This document shows, piece after piece, positions 9,395 through 19,988 of a stretch of 64,000 bases of DNA; position 1 is the first letter of the stretch, and every line of letters starts with the position of its first letter. Below the pieces are notes generated by a model that was not told the DNA's origin, ran no database searches, and saw only the letters and a program-made list of their open reading frames with translations. Made by a program: the position numbers and the translations under genes. Source of the stretch: Phycisphaerae bacterium (GTDB lineage Bacteria; Planctomycetota; Phycisphaerae; UBA1845); NCBI GenBank assembly GCA_963666835.2, contig CAXXGO010000006.1:2272001-2336000 (forward strand), read 5' to 3'.

Positions 9395-11752
9395 ATGGTA
9401 GAACCAGAAGGACGGCAATCTGAATCTTCGCAGGGGGGAAAGGTTCGCGGCGAAATCGTCCCGGTTGAGGTCGGCGGGGCTTTGCCGATTGAGGCGACCG
9501 GCGATCCGGGTTACGGGCTGTTCGGCGGTTTGCCCTCGGGACCGCATGCGCCGGTGCCGGGTTTCTCGATTTCCATGTTGTTGCGGTCAAAGCTGTTGAT
9601 CTTTGCGGTGTTTGTTGTCGTGGCGGCGATGGCGATTCCCTGCATATGGTTGTTTATGGTGCCGGAGTATCGGGCGACGGCAACCGTTCGGGTGTCGCCG
9701 GTAGTCTCGCGGATTGTCTTCAGAACCGAAGACAATGGAATGGTGCCACTTTACCAATCGTACCTTAACACGCAGGTTTCCGTAGTACACAGTCCTACGG
9801 TGCTTCAACGTGTTCTCGATCTGGAGAGTGTGCGCGCAACGGCCTGGTACCGCAGGGATGCCGGTTCCTTGATGTCCATGCTCAGAGCCCCACTCAGTTC
9901 CTTGGAGCGGCTCAAGGACGACTTGTCGATCAGGCCGCGGCGGAACACGGAGTTGATTGACGTATCAATGACTGCGATGGAATCGGCAGATGCGGCACTG
10001 ATCGTCAATGCGGTCGTTGATGAGTACAAGAAACTCAGTGACGAGACCATGCGCGAGAGTGACATCCATCGGCTCGAGATGTTGACCAGCGAACGTGCGG
10101 CTCTTCAGAGAGAGATCGACGGAATCGTGGCCACGAAGTTCAATCTGTCCAAACGACTGGGCACGACCGGTTCCGAGGAGCTTCGTTCGCAGCTAAGTAG
10201 TCACCTAAGCTCGCTGGAAGCGGAAGAAGAACGATTGCAGCGCGAACTCGCGATGGCCCAATGGGAGCTGGAGATCTTGCCGGTGCCGAGCCGGGACGAA
10301 GACGTTGATACTGTTGATACTGATGGGAGCGACGCCGAGGATCCCCGCGAGGACTCGCAGCTTAGATATGCGGCGGATGTTGAGTGGCGTGGGTTGAATT
10401 CCGGTCTTGATATGGCCCGCCACGAATTGGAACTTGCCCGGAAACGCTATGGAGAGGCCCATCCTCGTATCGTGGAACTGATTGCAAGCGTAGACTACGC
10501 TGAGAGGATGTTGCGCGAGCGGGAGGCTCAACTGGCCCAAGAATGGGACGGGGACGTTCCTCAAGTCGCTTCGACTACCGTCGGAACGGTCGGGCCCGGC
10601 AGTCGAGCCGGCCTCGAGCGGCAGGCGCAGAGGTTGGAGCGGCAAATCGGACTACTTAGCGAGGAGATTCAACGCCAACGCAACAGGGTCGCCGAGGCCG
10701 GTGATGTGGCTAAGGATATTGCCCACTACGACGAGGAGATTCGGTACAAACGCGAGCTGTACGATGCGGTCCGTTCTCGCCTGAGTCAACTGGATATGGA
10801 GAGCAAGGCGACGGCGCGGATTTCGGTGGCAGCCCATGCCATCGCACCGACACAACCGCACCGTGACCGTCGGATTCTCTTGAGTGTGATGGCATTGGCA
10901 GGAGCATTGGCAGCCGGGCTGGCGGTCGGCTACCTGCGCGTGAGTACCGACCCGAGAATCCGTGAGGTGAGTGATATTCGTCCCGCCGGTCGGATCCCGT
11001 TCCTTGGGGAGCTGCCGCCGTTTCCTAAATCGATGGACCTTATGGCGGACTGCGACCCTGCCATCACGGAGGGAGTGCGGATGGTACGTACGGCCTTGCT
11101 GGCGCGCCTTGCTGATACGGGCAGCCGTGTGGTCCTGATTACAAGTTCATCAAGTGGGGCAGGCAAGACGAGTGTGGCTGTGATGTTGAGTCGAAGCCTG
11201 GCGCAGGTCGGGAAGCGGACCTTGCTGGTCGAGGCGGATCTTCGCCGGCCGTCGTTATCCGGTTACCTGAAGCTCAAGCCGAGTCCGGGGCTGGCGGCAT
11301 CGTTGAACGGATCGATCGATGATTCGGCGGCGATCATCTCGACCGGTGTGCCCGGCTTCGATGTGCTGCCTGCGGGCGACTGTCCGGCTGATGTCGACTC
11401 AGATCTTCTCGCCAATGGCGTTTTTTCGGCGTGCTTGGATCGCTGGAAGAAGTCGTACGACTACGTGTTATTGGACAGTCCGCCGTTTTTGCCGGTTGCT
11501 GATTCTCGGATGCTCGCCGCTCAGGCCGATGGTACTATCATGGTGCTGAGGATGGCACATTGCCGCCGAACGGAGGTGGTCGAGGCGTATGCCGGGCTGG
11601 GAACGGGAGGCGGCACGCTACTGGGGACCGTCTTGCTCGGCAGCGCCCGCCGTCGCTCAGACTACGGGTATTACGGTGGCTATTATACCCCTTCGTCCGT
11701 TGGTTCCGGACCGTTGGAAACGCAGGAACCGGGTGGGCCCCGGAATGGCTAG
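9395..11752 (+). CDS. wzc: Wzc-type polysaccharide co-polymerase / BY-kinase
   Basis: Two TM segments flanking a coiled coil with the YGEAHPRI motif. Walker A SSSGAGKT, A' VEADLRRP, B VLLDSPP; C-terminal Tyr cluster DYGYYGGYY. Confidence 0.9.
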   Translation: MVEPEGRQSESSQGGKVRGEIVPVEVGGALPIEATGDPGYGLFGGLPSGPHAPVPGFSISMLLRSKLLIFAVFVVVAAMAIPCIWLFMVPEYRATATVRVSPVVSRIVFRTEDNGMVPLYQSYLNTQVSVVHSPTVLQRVLDLESVRATAWYRRDAGSLMSMLRAPLSSLERLKDDLSIRPRRNTELIDVSMTAMESADAALIVNAVVDEYKKLSDETMRESDIHRLEMLTSERAALQREIDGIVATKFNLSKRLGTTGSEELRSQLSSHLSSLEAEEERLQRELAMAQWELEILPVPSRDEDVDTVDTDGSDAEDPREDSQLRYAADVEWRGLNSGLDMARHELELARKRYGEAHPRIVELIASVDYAERMLREREAQLAQEWDGDVPQVASTTVGTVGPGSRAGLERQAQRLERQIGLLSEEIQRQRNRVAEAGDVAKDIAHYDEEIRYKRELYDAVRSRLSQLDMESKATARISVAAHAIAPTQPHRDRRILLSVMALAGALAAGLAVGYLRVSTDPRIREVSDIRPAGRIPFLGELPPFPKSMDLMADCDPAITEGVRMVRTALLARLADTGSRVVLITSSSSGAGKTSVAVMLSRSLAQVGKRTLLVEADLRRPSLSGYLKLKPSPGLAASLNGSIDDSAAIISTGVPGFDVLPAGDCPADVDSDLLANGVFSACLDRWKKSYDYVLLDSPPFLPVADSRMLAAQADGTIMVLRMAHCRRTEVVEAYAGLGTGGGTLLGTVLLGSARRRSDYGYYGGYYTPSSVGSGPLETQEPGGPRNG

Positions 11753-11754
11753 CT

Positions 11755-13518
11755 TTGCTTTCCCTGGTCATTGATCATCAGGCTCCGTACTTGTCCTCCT
11801 CTTGTGGCGTGGTCTCGCTCGCGGCCTTGCCCTTTGGTACCGGTTCCTTCCTAGATCACGTTGCCACGACGATGGCCGGCGTTGCTGACGGGGATCTGTT
11901 GGTAATGCCGGCCTTTCAACCCGGCTCGGAGTATAAAGAGGCGATCGAAAGCAGCACGTCGCGCGGTATCAAAGTCATCTCGCCTGAGACCCTGCCTGCT
12001 GTACTGAGTGAATGTGAGCCTGCGGATTTTCTGCTCGCCGTGGATCTGGCACGTTGGCCGGGGGGCGGCTTTGATCTTGCGGAGATGACGCGCGATCACT
12101 GCGAGTATCGGGGGGCTTCGCACGTCGTAGCGATCGGATCCGGTGCTGACAACACGCGTGAACACGTCGAGCGCGATGGGCAGGGTGCGGTAAGGCGGGT
12201 ACAGCGGCTCTACGACAGGATAAGTTGGCCGGAGGTTGCGGCGAAGGCGGTGTTCCTTTCGTTTGCGCCGGCTCGAGTGGTTGGTGACACGCGTTTTGGA
12301 TCGCTGGCCGAGCTGCGTTCGGCGCTCTCCGCCAAGGGCGTTTTGAGTCGTGACATACCTCTATCCTGCGATGTGCTTGATCTGCGGGAGGAAGCAGGCT
12401 TCTTAGCGCTTCACGAGCAGATGCTTGCAGCGGGGTTGCAACGCCGATACTCGGGCACTTCCACGAATGGTGGCGACATTGTGATCGGTCGCGGTTGTTC
12501 GATCGCTGAGTCAGCGCGAATGGTCGCGCCGATCATCATTCATGACAACGTGACCGTAGAAGAAGGGGCGACAATCATCGGTCCGGCGCTGGTGGCCACG
12601 GCGAGTCATGTTGGGCGGGGGTCGACCGTTGTGAATTCGATTCTGGCTCCGAACACAGTTGTGGATGATTGTGCGGCAGTAGTCCACCGTGTGGGCTCCG
12701 GGCGATGCTCAGGTTCGATGTCGGACAGCGACGTGCGGACGTACTGTTTTCTATCGCTTGAGCACGCGCAGAAGCAACAGCATACCGATGGCCGCATTGT
12801 GGCGATCCAACGCGGCAAGCAGAGATATCGAAGGATGCAGATGATCCTCAAACGGACCATCGATTTGGTGCTGGCTTCGATGGGGTTGGTGGTGTTCTCG
12901 CCGCTTCTGGTGCTCGTGGCGATTGCCATCAAGCTGGAATCACGTGGTCCGGTGTTGTTTTCGCACCGGCGCGAGCAGAGGAACGGGAAAGAGTTTCCGT
13001 GCCTGAAGTTCCGCACAATGTGCGCAGACGCCCACCGGCGGCAACGTGAGCTCTATAAGGACAATGAAGTCGACGGCCCGCAGTTCAAGATTAATCACGA
13101 CCCGCGACTGACTCGAATCGGCCCTCTTCTGCGATCAACGAACATTGACGAGCTTCCCCAGTTGGTCAACGTCGTATTGGGGCATATGAGCCTCGTCGGT
13201 CCCCGCCCGTCTCCGTTCAGGGAGAACCAGATTTGCGTACCGTGGCGACGTGCCAGGCTCTCCGTGAGGCCGGGCGTAACGGGTCTTTGGCAGCTTTGCC
13301 GAGACGATCGCGAAGGGGGGGACTTCCATCAGTGGATCTACTACGATTTAGTCTACGTGCGGAACCTGTCGGTGCGGCTTGACATTAAGATTCTTCTTGC
13401 CACCGTGTTAACCTTGGGGGGGAGGCACAACGCTCCTCTCTCCTGGTTTGTTCGCGGCGCAGATGTTGAACCGGACTTTTCCGAGGTTACGGTTGTTGAG
13501 GCGGCGGAAGCGCGTTAG
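11755..13518 (+). CDS. Priming (undecaprenyl-phosphate) glycosylphosphotransferase with N-terminal nucleotidyltransferase-like and hexapeptide-repeat domains
   Basis: C-terminal Bac_transf motifs [56 protein letters not shown]. Start uncertain; TTG 11755, just after the wzc stop, is preferred to 11560. Confidence 0.85.
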   Translation: MLSLVIDHQAPYLSSSCGVVSLAALPFGTGSFLDHVATTMAGVADGDLLVMPAFQPGSEYKEAIESSTSRGIKVISPETLPAVLSECEPADFLLAVDLARWPGGGFDLAEMTRDHCEYRGASHVVAIGSGADNTREHVERDGQGAVRRVQRLYDRISWPEVAAKAVFLSFAPARVVGDTRFGSLAELRSALSAKGVLSRDIPLSCDVLDLREEAGFLALHEQMLAAGLQRRYSGTSTNGGDIVIGRGCSIAESARMVAPIIIHDNVTVEEGATIIGPALVATASHVGRGSTVVNSILAPNTVVDDCAAVVHRVGSGRCSGSMSDSDVRTYCFLSLEHAQKQQHTDGRIVAIQRGKQRYRRMQMILKRTIDLVLASMGLVVFSPLLVLVAIAIKLESRGPVLFSHRREQRNGKEFPCLKFRTMCADAHRRQRELYKDNEVDGPQFKINHDPRLTRIGPLLRSTNIDELPQLVNVVLGHMSLVGPRPSPFRENQICVPWRRARLSVRPGVTGLWQLCRDDREGGDFHQWIYYDLVYVRNLSVRLDIKILLATVLTLGGRHNAPLSWFVRGADVEPDFSEVTVVEAAEAR

Positions 13519-13532
13519 ATCACCCCGAGAGG

Positions 13533-14786
13533 ATGGACCCCGGGGGCAGGCAGGCTGAAGAGTACCGGACAGGAAGAGGGAGTGTCATGGATATGGGCCT
13601 TCACCGATTGAATCGACAAGGCGCTGGGCGTCTTATGGAGTTCGGTTCCGTGATTCTGGTCGCGTGCACCCTGGCAGGCTGTACGGACCATCGCGTGAGC
13701 TTGGCGGATTTTCTGGCTATGCAGCAGGACGTACGCGAGATGAATTCGGCGCCCATGTCGGCCGAGGAGTTGGCGTCTGCGAGAGAGCTGATCGACCGGC
13801 AACTCGGACCGTATCGGGTAGGCCCGTCTGATGTACTCGTAGTCACGCTGACTAATGCCGATCAGACGGCGTTGTTTGCCCCGACCCCGGTACGCGTTGA
13901 CAGCAGCGGCGAAATCGACCTGCCGTTGGTCGGCGCGGTCAAGGTCGTTGACCTGGGACTCGAGGCCGTGGATGACGCCATCCGCAGCGCCTATGTGCCT
14001 GCGATTGTGAAGGACGCTGTCGTTCATGTCGAGCTGACCACCGCGAAACCCACGAATGTTATCGTTACGGGGGCGGTCACTTTGCCGGGCCTGGTTGCGC
14101 TTCGACGCACGGAGTGTAACCTCCTGTTCGCCATCGTCGGTGCCGGTGGGGCGTCAGAACTCGCGTCGGGGAAAGTGACCTTGCGGCGTATCCGGCGTCC
14201 CACGGAGGAGATTACGCTGGATCTCTCAGATCCAACGGAGCTGCGGGCCGCCTTGGCCTTGAAACCGTTGGAGGATGGGGACATTGTGAATGTGCATGCT
14301 GCGGCTCCGAATACGGTCTTTGTCGGGGGGTTGGTCAATGCCCCGCGTCCACAGGCCTATCCGCCGGGCGTGCAGGTGTCGATTCTGCAGGCCGTTGCTG
14401 CTGCCGGCGGGCTACGTGATGATCTCTGCGTAAAAGAGGGCACGCTGGTGCGACGTATGCCGAACGGGCGCGACGTACACGTAAAGCTCGCGCTGGACCG
14501 CATTGCGGACGGCCGGGATCCCAACATCCTGTTGGCGGCGGGGGACATCCTCTGGGTGCCGCATACGCTTGGGACAAGGGTCCAAGATTTCATCAACCGC
14601 AATGTCTTCCTGCGAGCCGGAGCCAGCGTGAACTACAACGTGACGGGGGTTGAGTATATGAACCGCCGCAGCCAGCAGACGTCTCGGTATAGTGGGAGCA
14701 CGGAGGATTCATACGATCCCTTCGGCTTCTTGACGCGCGGCGCCGCTCTGGAGAGTCTGGGGACGCAGGTCCCTCTCGTACCATGA
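13533..14786 (+). CDS. wza: Polysaccharide export lipoprotein (Wza/OPX family, SLBB domains)
   Basis: Lipobox LAGC, YRVGPSDVL, VDSSGEIDLPLVGAV, VGGLVNAP, GDILWVP. The true start may be a downstream ATG. Confidence 0.85.
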   Translation: MDPGGRQAEEYRTGRGSVMDMGLHRLNRQGAGRLMEFGSVILVACTLAGCTDHRVSLADFLAMQQDVREMNSAPMSAEELASARELIDRQLGPYRVGPSDVLVVTLTNADQTALFAPTPVRVDSSGEIDLPLVGAVKVVDLGLEAVDDAIRSAYVPAIVKDAVVHVELTTAKPTNVIVTGAVTLPGLVALRRTECNLLFAIVGAGGASELASGKVTLRRIRRPTEEITLDLSDPTELRAALALKPLEDGDIVNVHAAAPNTVFVGGLVNAPRPQAYPPGVQVSILQAVAAAGGLRDDLCVKEGTLVRRMPNGRDVHVKLALDRIADGRDPNILLAAGDILWVPHTLGTRVQDFINRNVFLRAGASVNYNVTGVEYMNRRSQQTSRYSGSTEDSYDPFGFLTRGAALESLGTQVPLVP

Positions 14787-15922
14787 CTTCGCTTGAAACC
14801 GCAGAGCTTAACGGTTCCTGCAGCGCGGGTGGGCCGGCCCGGGACAGTCTCAGGGCATTGGCTCTGGAGGCGCTGGGCCGAATGTACCGCTCGGACAGAG
14901 GTCTGTTCGCGTTTCGATTGCGCGGGCCAAGCGATCGCGAACTGCTCGAAGGCGAAAGTCGACGGTACACGGCGATTGCGCTTATTGGCTTGAGCACGCA
15001 GGACGAGGCGACCGGCAGAGGCGTGCTCGGCGGTGAGAGCGCCTGCGATGTTTGCCGGCGTCTGCTCGATGGCGTCAGTGACAGTGAGAACCTCGGTGAC
15101 GTGGCCCTGGTGCTTTGGGCGGCGCTGGCTCTGCATATTGACGAAGCGGGCAGAGCCTGCGATCGCATGCGAGTCCTTCAACCGTGTGACGGCTCTCATC
15201 CGACGGTCGAGTTGGCATGGGCTTTGACGTCCTTGGCGGTTGATGCGGGATTCGGTGAGACGGAAGAGAGACTTCGCCACGATATTGCCGAGATGCTCTT
15301 ATCGTCGTTCGTGTCGGCGTCCGAGATGTTTTCGCATTGGCCGACCGGTGCCAACCGCGGGTCATGGCGGTCCCATGTGAGCTGCTTCGCGGACCTTGTT
15401 TACCCGATCCAGGCACTGGCCCACCATTACATGTGTACGTCGGATCAAAGGGCCATCGCGATTGCGCAGCGCTGCGCGACGCGCCTGTGCAGTTTGCAGG
15501 GGGCATCGGGTCAGTGGTGGTGGCATTACGACGTGCGAACCGGGCAAGTGATCGAACGCTATCCTGTGTACGCGGTTCATCAGGATGCAATGGCTCCAAT
15601 GGCGCTCCTCGCTTTGAACGAAGCGGGAGGGGGGGGCTTTGACTCGGCGATCGAGCGGGGGTTTCGCTGGCTGAATGACCCGCCCGAGCTGGCGGGATCG
15701 TTGATCGACCACGCTTGTGGCGTAATCTGGCGCAAAGTGGCGCGACGCGAACCCGGCAAGGTGTCGCGCGGAGTTCAGGCCCTTGCCAGTCGCGTTCACC
15801 CGCGGTTGCGCGTGCCGGGGCTCGGGGCGGTCCTTCGGCCCGGTCGGATCGACTACGAATGCAGGCCATACCATCTTGGCTGGTTGCTGTACGCCTTGTC
15901 GGATCGGCGGCCCGGCTCGTGA
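14783..15922 (+). CDS. Conserved EPS-locus hypothetical protein, possible (alpha/alpha)-toroid sugar-modifying enzyme
   Basis: ATGA overlap with wza and TGATG overlap with the next gene. Motifs HVSCFADLVYPIQAL, QGASGQWWWHYD, ERYPVYAVHQDAMAPMAL, ECRPYHLGW. Confidence 0.6.
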   Translation: MTSLETAELNGSCSAGGPARDSLRALALEALGRMYRSDRGLFAFRLRGPSDRELLEGESRRYTAIALIGLSTQDEATGRGVLGGESACDVCRRLLDGVSDSENLGDVALVLWAALALHIDEAGRACDRMRVLQPCDGSHPTVELAWALTSLAVDAGFGETEERLRHDIAEMLLSSFVSASEMFSHWPTGANRGSWRSHVSCFADLVYPIQALAHHYMCTSDQRAIAIAQRCATRLCSLQGASGQWWWHYDVRTGQVIERYPVYAVHQDAMAPMALLALNEAGGGGFDSAIERGFRWLNDPPELAGSLIDHACGVIWRKVARREPGKVSRGVQALASRVHPRLRVPGLGAVLRPGRIDYECRPYHLGWLLYALSDRRPGS

Positions 15923-16728
15923 TGGTGGGCAGCGATGTGCGGCCGTGGCCTGTCTGCACTTTTTCGGGCGTCCCTATTCACGCGTTGACGATGCGTCAGG
16001 CGATTTCGATCGTCGACGAGACTATCGAACAGCGTGGTCGCTTGCTTATCGGCGTAGTGAATGCTGCCAAGATGGTTAATATGCGGCGCGATGAGTCTCT
16101 GCGCCGAGCGGTGCTGGGTTGCGATGTCATTCTGGCCGACGGCATGGCGGTAGTGTGGGCGAGTCGGATTCTGCGGCGGGGACTGCCTGAGCGAGTTCCG
16201 GGAATCGACCTGATGCACGGAATCCTGCAGCGCGGCGACGATCGCCACTACCGCGTCTATCTCCTCGGGGCGACGGACGAGGTGCTTCGCGTGTCGGCTG
16301 CCCGGATTGCCGAAGACTACCCGCGTGTGGCTTTGGTGGGGACCCGAAACGGGTATTTCGAACCCGACGAGGAAGCGGAGATTGCGGCGGAGATACGAGC
16401 GGCGCGGCCGGACGTTGTCTTCGTGGCGATGAGCCCGCCTAAGAAAGAGCTGTTCATGGCGCGTTGGTTTGCGACGCTTGACGCGCCTGTGTGCCACGGT
16501 GTTGGCGGTGCATTGGACGTTCTTGCCGGAAAAGTCCAGCGCGCTCCGAAACGCTGGCAACGTTTCGGCTTAGAGTGGCTCTACCGGGTCAAGCAGGAAC
16601 CCCGCCGCATGTGGCGGCGATACTTGGTTACCAATACGCTGTTTTGCGGGATGGTGCTCAGGGAGTTGTTCACTCCCGGCCAAGCCGCCCGTGAGGAACT
16701 GCGTACATCGGGCCGTACACGAGAGTAG
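15922..16728 (+). CDS. WecB/TagA/CpsF-family glycosyltransferase (GT26)
   Basis: LADGMAVVWASR, ERVPGIDL, RNGYF, FVAMSPPKKE, GVGGALD, RAPKRWQRFGLEWLYR..QEPRRMWRRY. ATG 15922 overlaps the upstream stop. Confidence 0.92.
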   Translation: MVGSDVRPWPVCTFSGVPIHALTMRQAISIVDETIEQRGRLLIGVVNAAKMVNMRRDESLRRAVLGCDVILADGMAVVWASRILRRGLPERVPGIDLMHGILQRGDDRHYRVYLLGATDEVLRVSAARIAEDYPRVALVGTRNGYFEPDEEAEIAAEIRAARPDVVFVAMSPPKKELFMARWFATLDAPVCHGVGGALDVLAGKVQRAPKRWQRFGLEWLYRVKQEPRRMWRRYLVTNTLFCGMVLRELFTPGQAAREELRTSGRTRE

Positions 16729-16764
16729 GATGCCCGTCGCCGGGTTGCTCCAAGAAAGTCAGCC

Positions 16765-17958
16765 GTGTTATCTCGGGAGGAATGCAAAACGGAGCGCGCG
16801 TTGGCTGGAACTGTCGTAGCGGAAAAGCCGCCTCTGACCGTCGATCTCGTGACGGACTACGAGGACTTTCTGGGGCTCGCTCCGGAATGGGATGAGTTAC
16901 TCGCGGCCAGTCGTCTGAACATCGTTTTCCTTACGCATGCCTGGTTTCGGTGTTGGTGGGAGGCGTTCGGCGGCGACAGCCGACTGCACATTGTATGCGT
17001 GAGAGACCACGGTCGACTCGTGGGTATTGCTCCGCTACATCTGTGCAGGTCGCGGTTTCGAGGCTTGCCGGTGCGGAAGCTCGCTTTCATGGCGAATGCC
17101 TATTCGGGGGACGGGGATTTTATCGTTGCTTCTCCGGAGCGACCGGTGCTCCGGGCGATTCTGAATTACTTGGCCGAGGGCCGCGGCGTTTGGGATTTGC
17201 TCGAGCTGGCGCGCGTTCGCGATGACTCGCCCTTGCGGGAAGAGCTTGCGGATGCAACGCGCGTTTGTAAGCTGCGCTACGTTGTGCGGCCGGACATCGA
17301 GGTTCCCTACATGCCGATTGAGGGGGACTGGCCGGCGTTTCTGGCGCAGCGTTCGCGAAGTTTCAGGAAGGCGTACAACAAGAGAACCAACCGGATCGAC
17401 AAGCACGAGGAGCCGGTGAAAGTCGTCAGGCTGTCTTCGCCGGAGGACGTCAAGGCGGCGTTTCCGGCTGTTCTGGACGTTTCCTCCAGGAGTTGGAAGG
17501 CCGCCAGGGGGCGGGCGATTACGGATGAAGCTGGTGCGGTCGATTTCCTTGAGCGACTTTCGTCGCTGGCTGATCGAGGTTCCGCCGTCGTGTGGGCGGT
17601 CCTCGCCGGATCGCGCATGATCGCATTTGAGTTTCACGTTAGCCATAACGGGGTTACCTATCCGATCCGCGCGGATTTTGATGAGACGTATGGGGCCCTT
17701 TCACCCGGCGCCCATTTGGAGTATTCGATCATTCGGACGTTGTTTGAAGACCGCGCAAGGAGCATCCGGGAGTATAACACGTGTGCCGACGGCTACGCGT
17801 ATGAGCTTCGCTGGACGGACAAGCTGCGGTTGCACGAACGAATCTGGATCTTCGCGCCGTCGTGGTATCGGATGGTTCTGTACCCGCTCGGACGGTTACG
17901 CGGCTACCATCGCAACGGCCACACCAGGAAGGCGACCAGTTGTCGATCAGCGCGGTGA
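16765..17958 (+). CDS. GNAT-family acyltransferase (CelD/BcsL-like)
   Basis: EWDELL..IVFLTHAWFRCWWEAFG, GRLVGIAPL, FLAQRSRSFRK, FDETYGALSPG. Confidence 0.8.
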   Translation: MLSREECKTERALAGTVVAEKPPLTVDLVTDYEDFLGLAPEWDELLAASRLNIVFLTHAWFRCWWEAFGGDSRLHIVCVRDHGRLVGIAPLHLCRSRFRGLPVRKLAFMANAYSGDGDFIVASPERPVLRAILNYLAEGRGVWDLLELARVRDDSPLREELADATRVCKLRYVVRPDIEVPYMPIEGDWPAFLAQRSRSFRKAYNKRTNRIDKHEEPVKVVRLSSPEDVKAAFPAVLDVSSRSWKAARGRAITDEAGAVDFLERLSSLADRGSAVVWAVLAGSRMIAFEFHVSHNGVTYPIRADFDETYGALSPGAHLEYSIIRTLFEDRARSIREYNTCADGYAYELRWTDKLRLHERIWIFAPSWYRMVLYPLGRLRGYHRNGHTRKATSCRSAR

Positions 17959-18024
17959 AGCAACGGTTCGTGACCTTCTTGTCGTTCTGCGGCAACGGCC
18001 GAAGGATGGACTTGGCAGGTTCAT

Positions 18025-19251
18025 GTGACTGACGACTGCATTGATGCCGGCGAGAGGAATGCACGCGGGTCGATTCGCGGTCTTTCGCGGATAGTCAAGC
18101 TGGCCGGGAAAGGGCTTTTCGGTGCTGTGCGGGAAGCGCCCGGTGCTCTGCGCCGAGAGTACGACTGCCGCACAGGCAAGAGAACAAGTGCCAACCTGAT
18201 CCTCACGTGGGGATGTACGTCGAAGTGTGCTTGCTGTACCGCGTGGCGCCGGACGCGCCATAAAGACCGCGAGCTGAGCTGTGCCGAGTGGATCGAGGTC
18301 GCCAGGAAGTTGGTTTCCCTGGGCGCTGGAACGTTCGAGCTGTTTGGCGGAGATATCTTCCTGCGGAAAGACGTGGTTATTCCGCTGGTCAGGGAGCTCA
18401 AGCTGCTTGGATGCGAAGTTCATACCGCGACGAATAGCAATCTGATAGACCCTCAAACAGCCGAAGCGCTGAGTGAGTGCCTCGACGTCATATATATATC
18501 GACCGACGGGGTCGGAGAATTGCACGACCGGGTTCGGGGTGTACAAGGTACGTTTGGCCGGGTGGACCGCGGTCTCGGGCAGTTCGTGAAGGCACGCGGG
18601 CAAGGGAACCGGCCAAGACTCATCTGCAACACGACGGTATCGCGCTACAACGTTTGCTCTCTGGCGAGAATTGCGGAGTTTGCGGCACGCGCCGGGTACG
18701 ATCAGATCGACTTTGAGTATGTAGGTGAGTTTACGGACGAGATTGTGGCCCGGTCGCGGATCGGAGAATACGAGCCGTCGCCGATCTTCAGGCGCATAGG
18801 GGAGTCATCGCTTGTGCTCGAAGACGCTGTTTCCGTCTTGCGCGAGCAACTGAGGCTGGCAAAACAGTACGATGGTCCGGCAATGGGGGGGGCGAAGCAG
18901 TTTCGGGTGAACACGATCAATATCGATGTGCTTTCCGACAGCGATATCGTCCACGGTACGGTGCCGAGCGGACGTTGCTTCGTAGAACGCCGTGAGGTTG
19001 TGATCGACCCGTATGGTAGTATTGCGCCGTGCTACTTCTTTGATACCTTCAGCTTGGGGAACGTACGCGACGGTGCGCTGGATCGATCCCTGGAAACGCC
19101 GGATCGAGCCCGGTTCCGCAGCTACCGTGATCGGGGACGCTTGGAGATGTGTAAGCACTGCATTCACAATGTTGCGCGGAACTGTGGTTTTATCGATACC
19201 GTAAAACGGGAGTTCATGGAGCGCCTTCGGTATTGGAGAGTATACCGATAG
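18025..19251 (+). CDS. Radical SAM protein with SPASM/twitch domain
   Basis: CTSKCACC cluster motif, FGGDIFLR, ISTDGVGELHDRVRGVQGTF; C-terminal C..IDPYGSIAPC..LGNV..CKHC. Confidence 0.88.
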   Translation: MTDDCIDAGERNARGSIRGLSRIVKLAGKGLFGAVREAPGALRREYDCRTGKRTSANLILTWGCTSKCACCTAWRRTRHKDRELSCAEWIEVARKLVSLGAGTFELFGGDIFLRKDVVIPLVRELKLLGCEVHTATNSNLIDPQTAEALSECLDVIYISTDGVGELHDRVRGVQGTFGRVDRGLGQFVKARGQGNRPRLICNTTVSRYNVCSLARIAEFAARAGYDQIDFEYVGEFTDEIVARSRIGEYEPSPIFRRIGESSLVLEDAVSVLREQLRLAKQYDGPAMGGAKQFRVNTINIDVLSDSDIVHGTVPSGRCFVERREVVIDPYGSIAPCYFFDTFSLGNVRDGALDRSLETPDRARFRSYRDRGRLEMCKHCIHNVARNCGFIDTVKREFMERLRYWRVYR

Positions 19252-19988
19252 CCGTGATCGCTTCGGGAGAGTATACCGTCCTTCGAGAAGCACTAGGCAG
19301 GATTCGTAACGACGGGGTCTTCACCTTGGGCGCGAAGATCGCGCGACGGCTGGGGAATGTAGTGTTGAGGACGAACTCGGCCGATTGGTATTATACGGAC
19401 CTGTCGCAGGCTGCTGATTACTGCACTGTTTCCCGTCAGGAGGCAGTAGTCGACTTCAACGCAACGAAAGAGGTTATTGCCTGGCTCAGGCAGATTCGAG
19501 GCGAGTTTCCCTGGGCTTGGGTACAAGAGGAACTGGATATCGCGCGGGAGTATAATCACGTATTCGCGCGCCTCCGGATGGGCGAGGAAGCGGTCGGATA
19601 CGTGAAGATCGGGCTGACACGGTCCTATGTTACGGATTTTGCGCGGTGCATCGCGGTGCCCGAGGCGTCGGCGTACATCTACGATACTTTCGTGCATCCG
19701 GAACGTCGCGGGCGCGGACTGGCCACGTTTCTGCTTCTGCAAACACAGGATTTTCTGCGCCGGCAGAACACCCGGTTCGTGTGGTCTCACATACCGAGGT
19801 GGAATCACGCGTCGATCGGGGCGTACAGGCGGGCGGGGTTCGCCGAGGTGAAGCACGTTCGATACGTGCGGTTTATGGGCTTGAGGCTGTTTTCGCATCA
19901 TCCGGAGCGGCTGATGCGATGCGCCGAGGACGGCTTGTTGCGGAGTCTGAGCCGCAGGCAGCATGAGGGCGGGGGTGTTGACAGTTAG
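19233..19988 (+). CDS. GNAT-family N-acetyltransferase
   Basis: YIYDTFVHPERRGRGLA (acetyl-CoA motif A) and NHASIGAYRRAGF. Start uncertain. Confidence 0.8.
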   Translation: MESIPIAVIASGEYTVLREALGRIRNDGVFTLGAKIARRLGNVVLRTNSADWYYTDLSQAADYCTVSRQEAVVDFNATKEVIAWLRQIRGEFPWAWVQEELDIAREYNHVFARLRMGEEAVGYVKIGLTRSYVTDFARCIAVPEASAYIYDTFVHPERRGRGLATFLLLQTQDFLRRQNTRFVWSHIPRWNHASIGAYRRAGFAEVKHVRYVRFMGLRLFSHHPERLMRCAEDGLLRSLSRRQHEGGGVDS

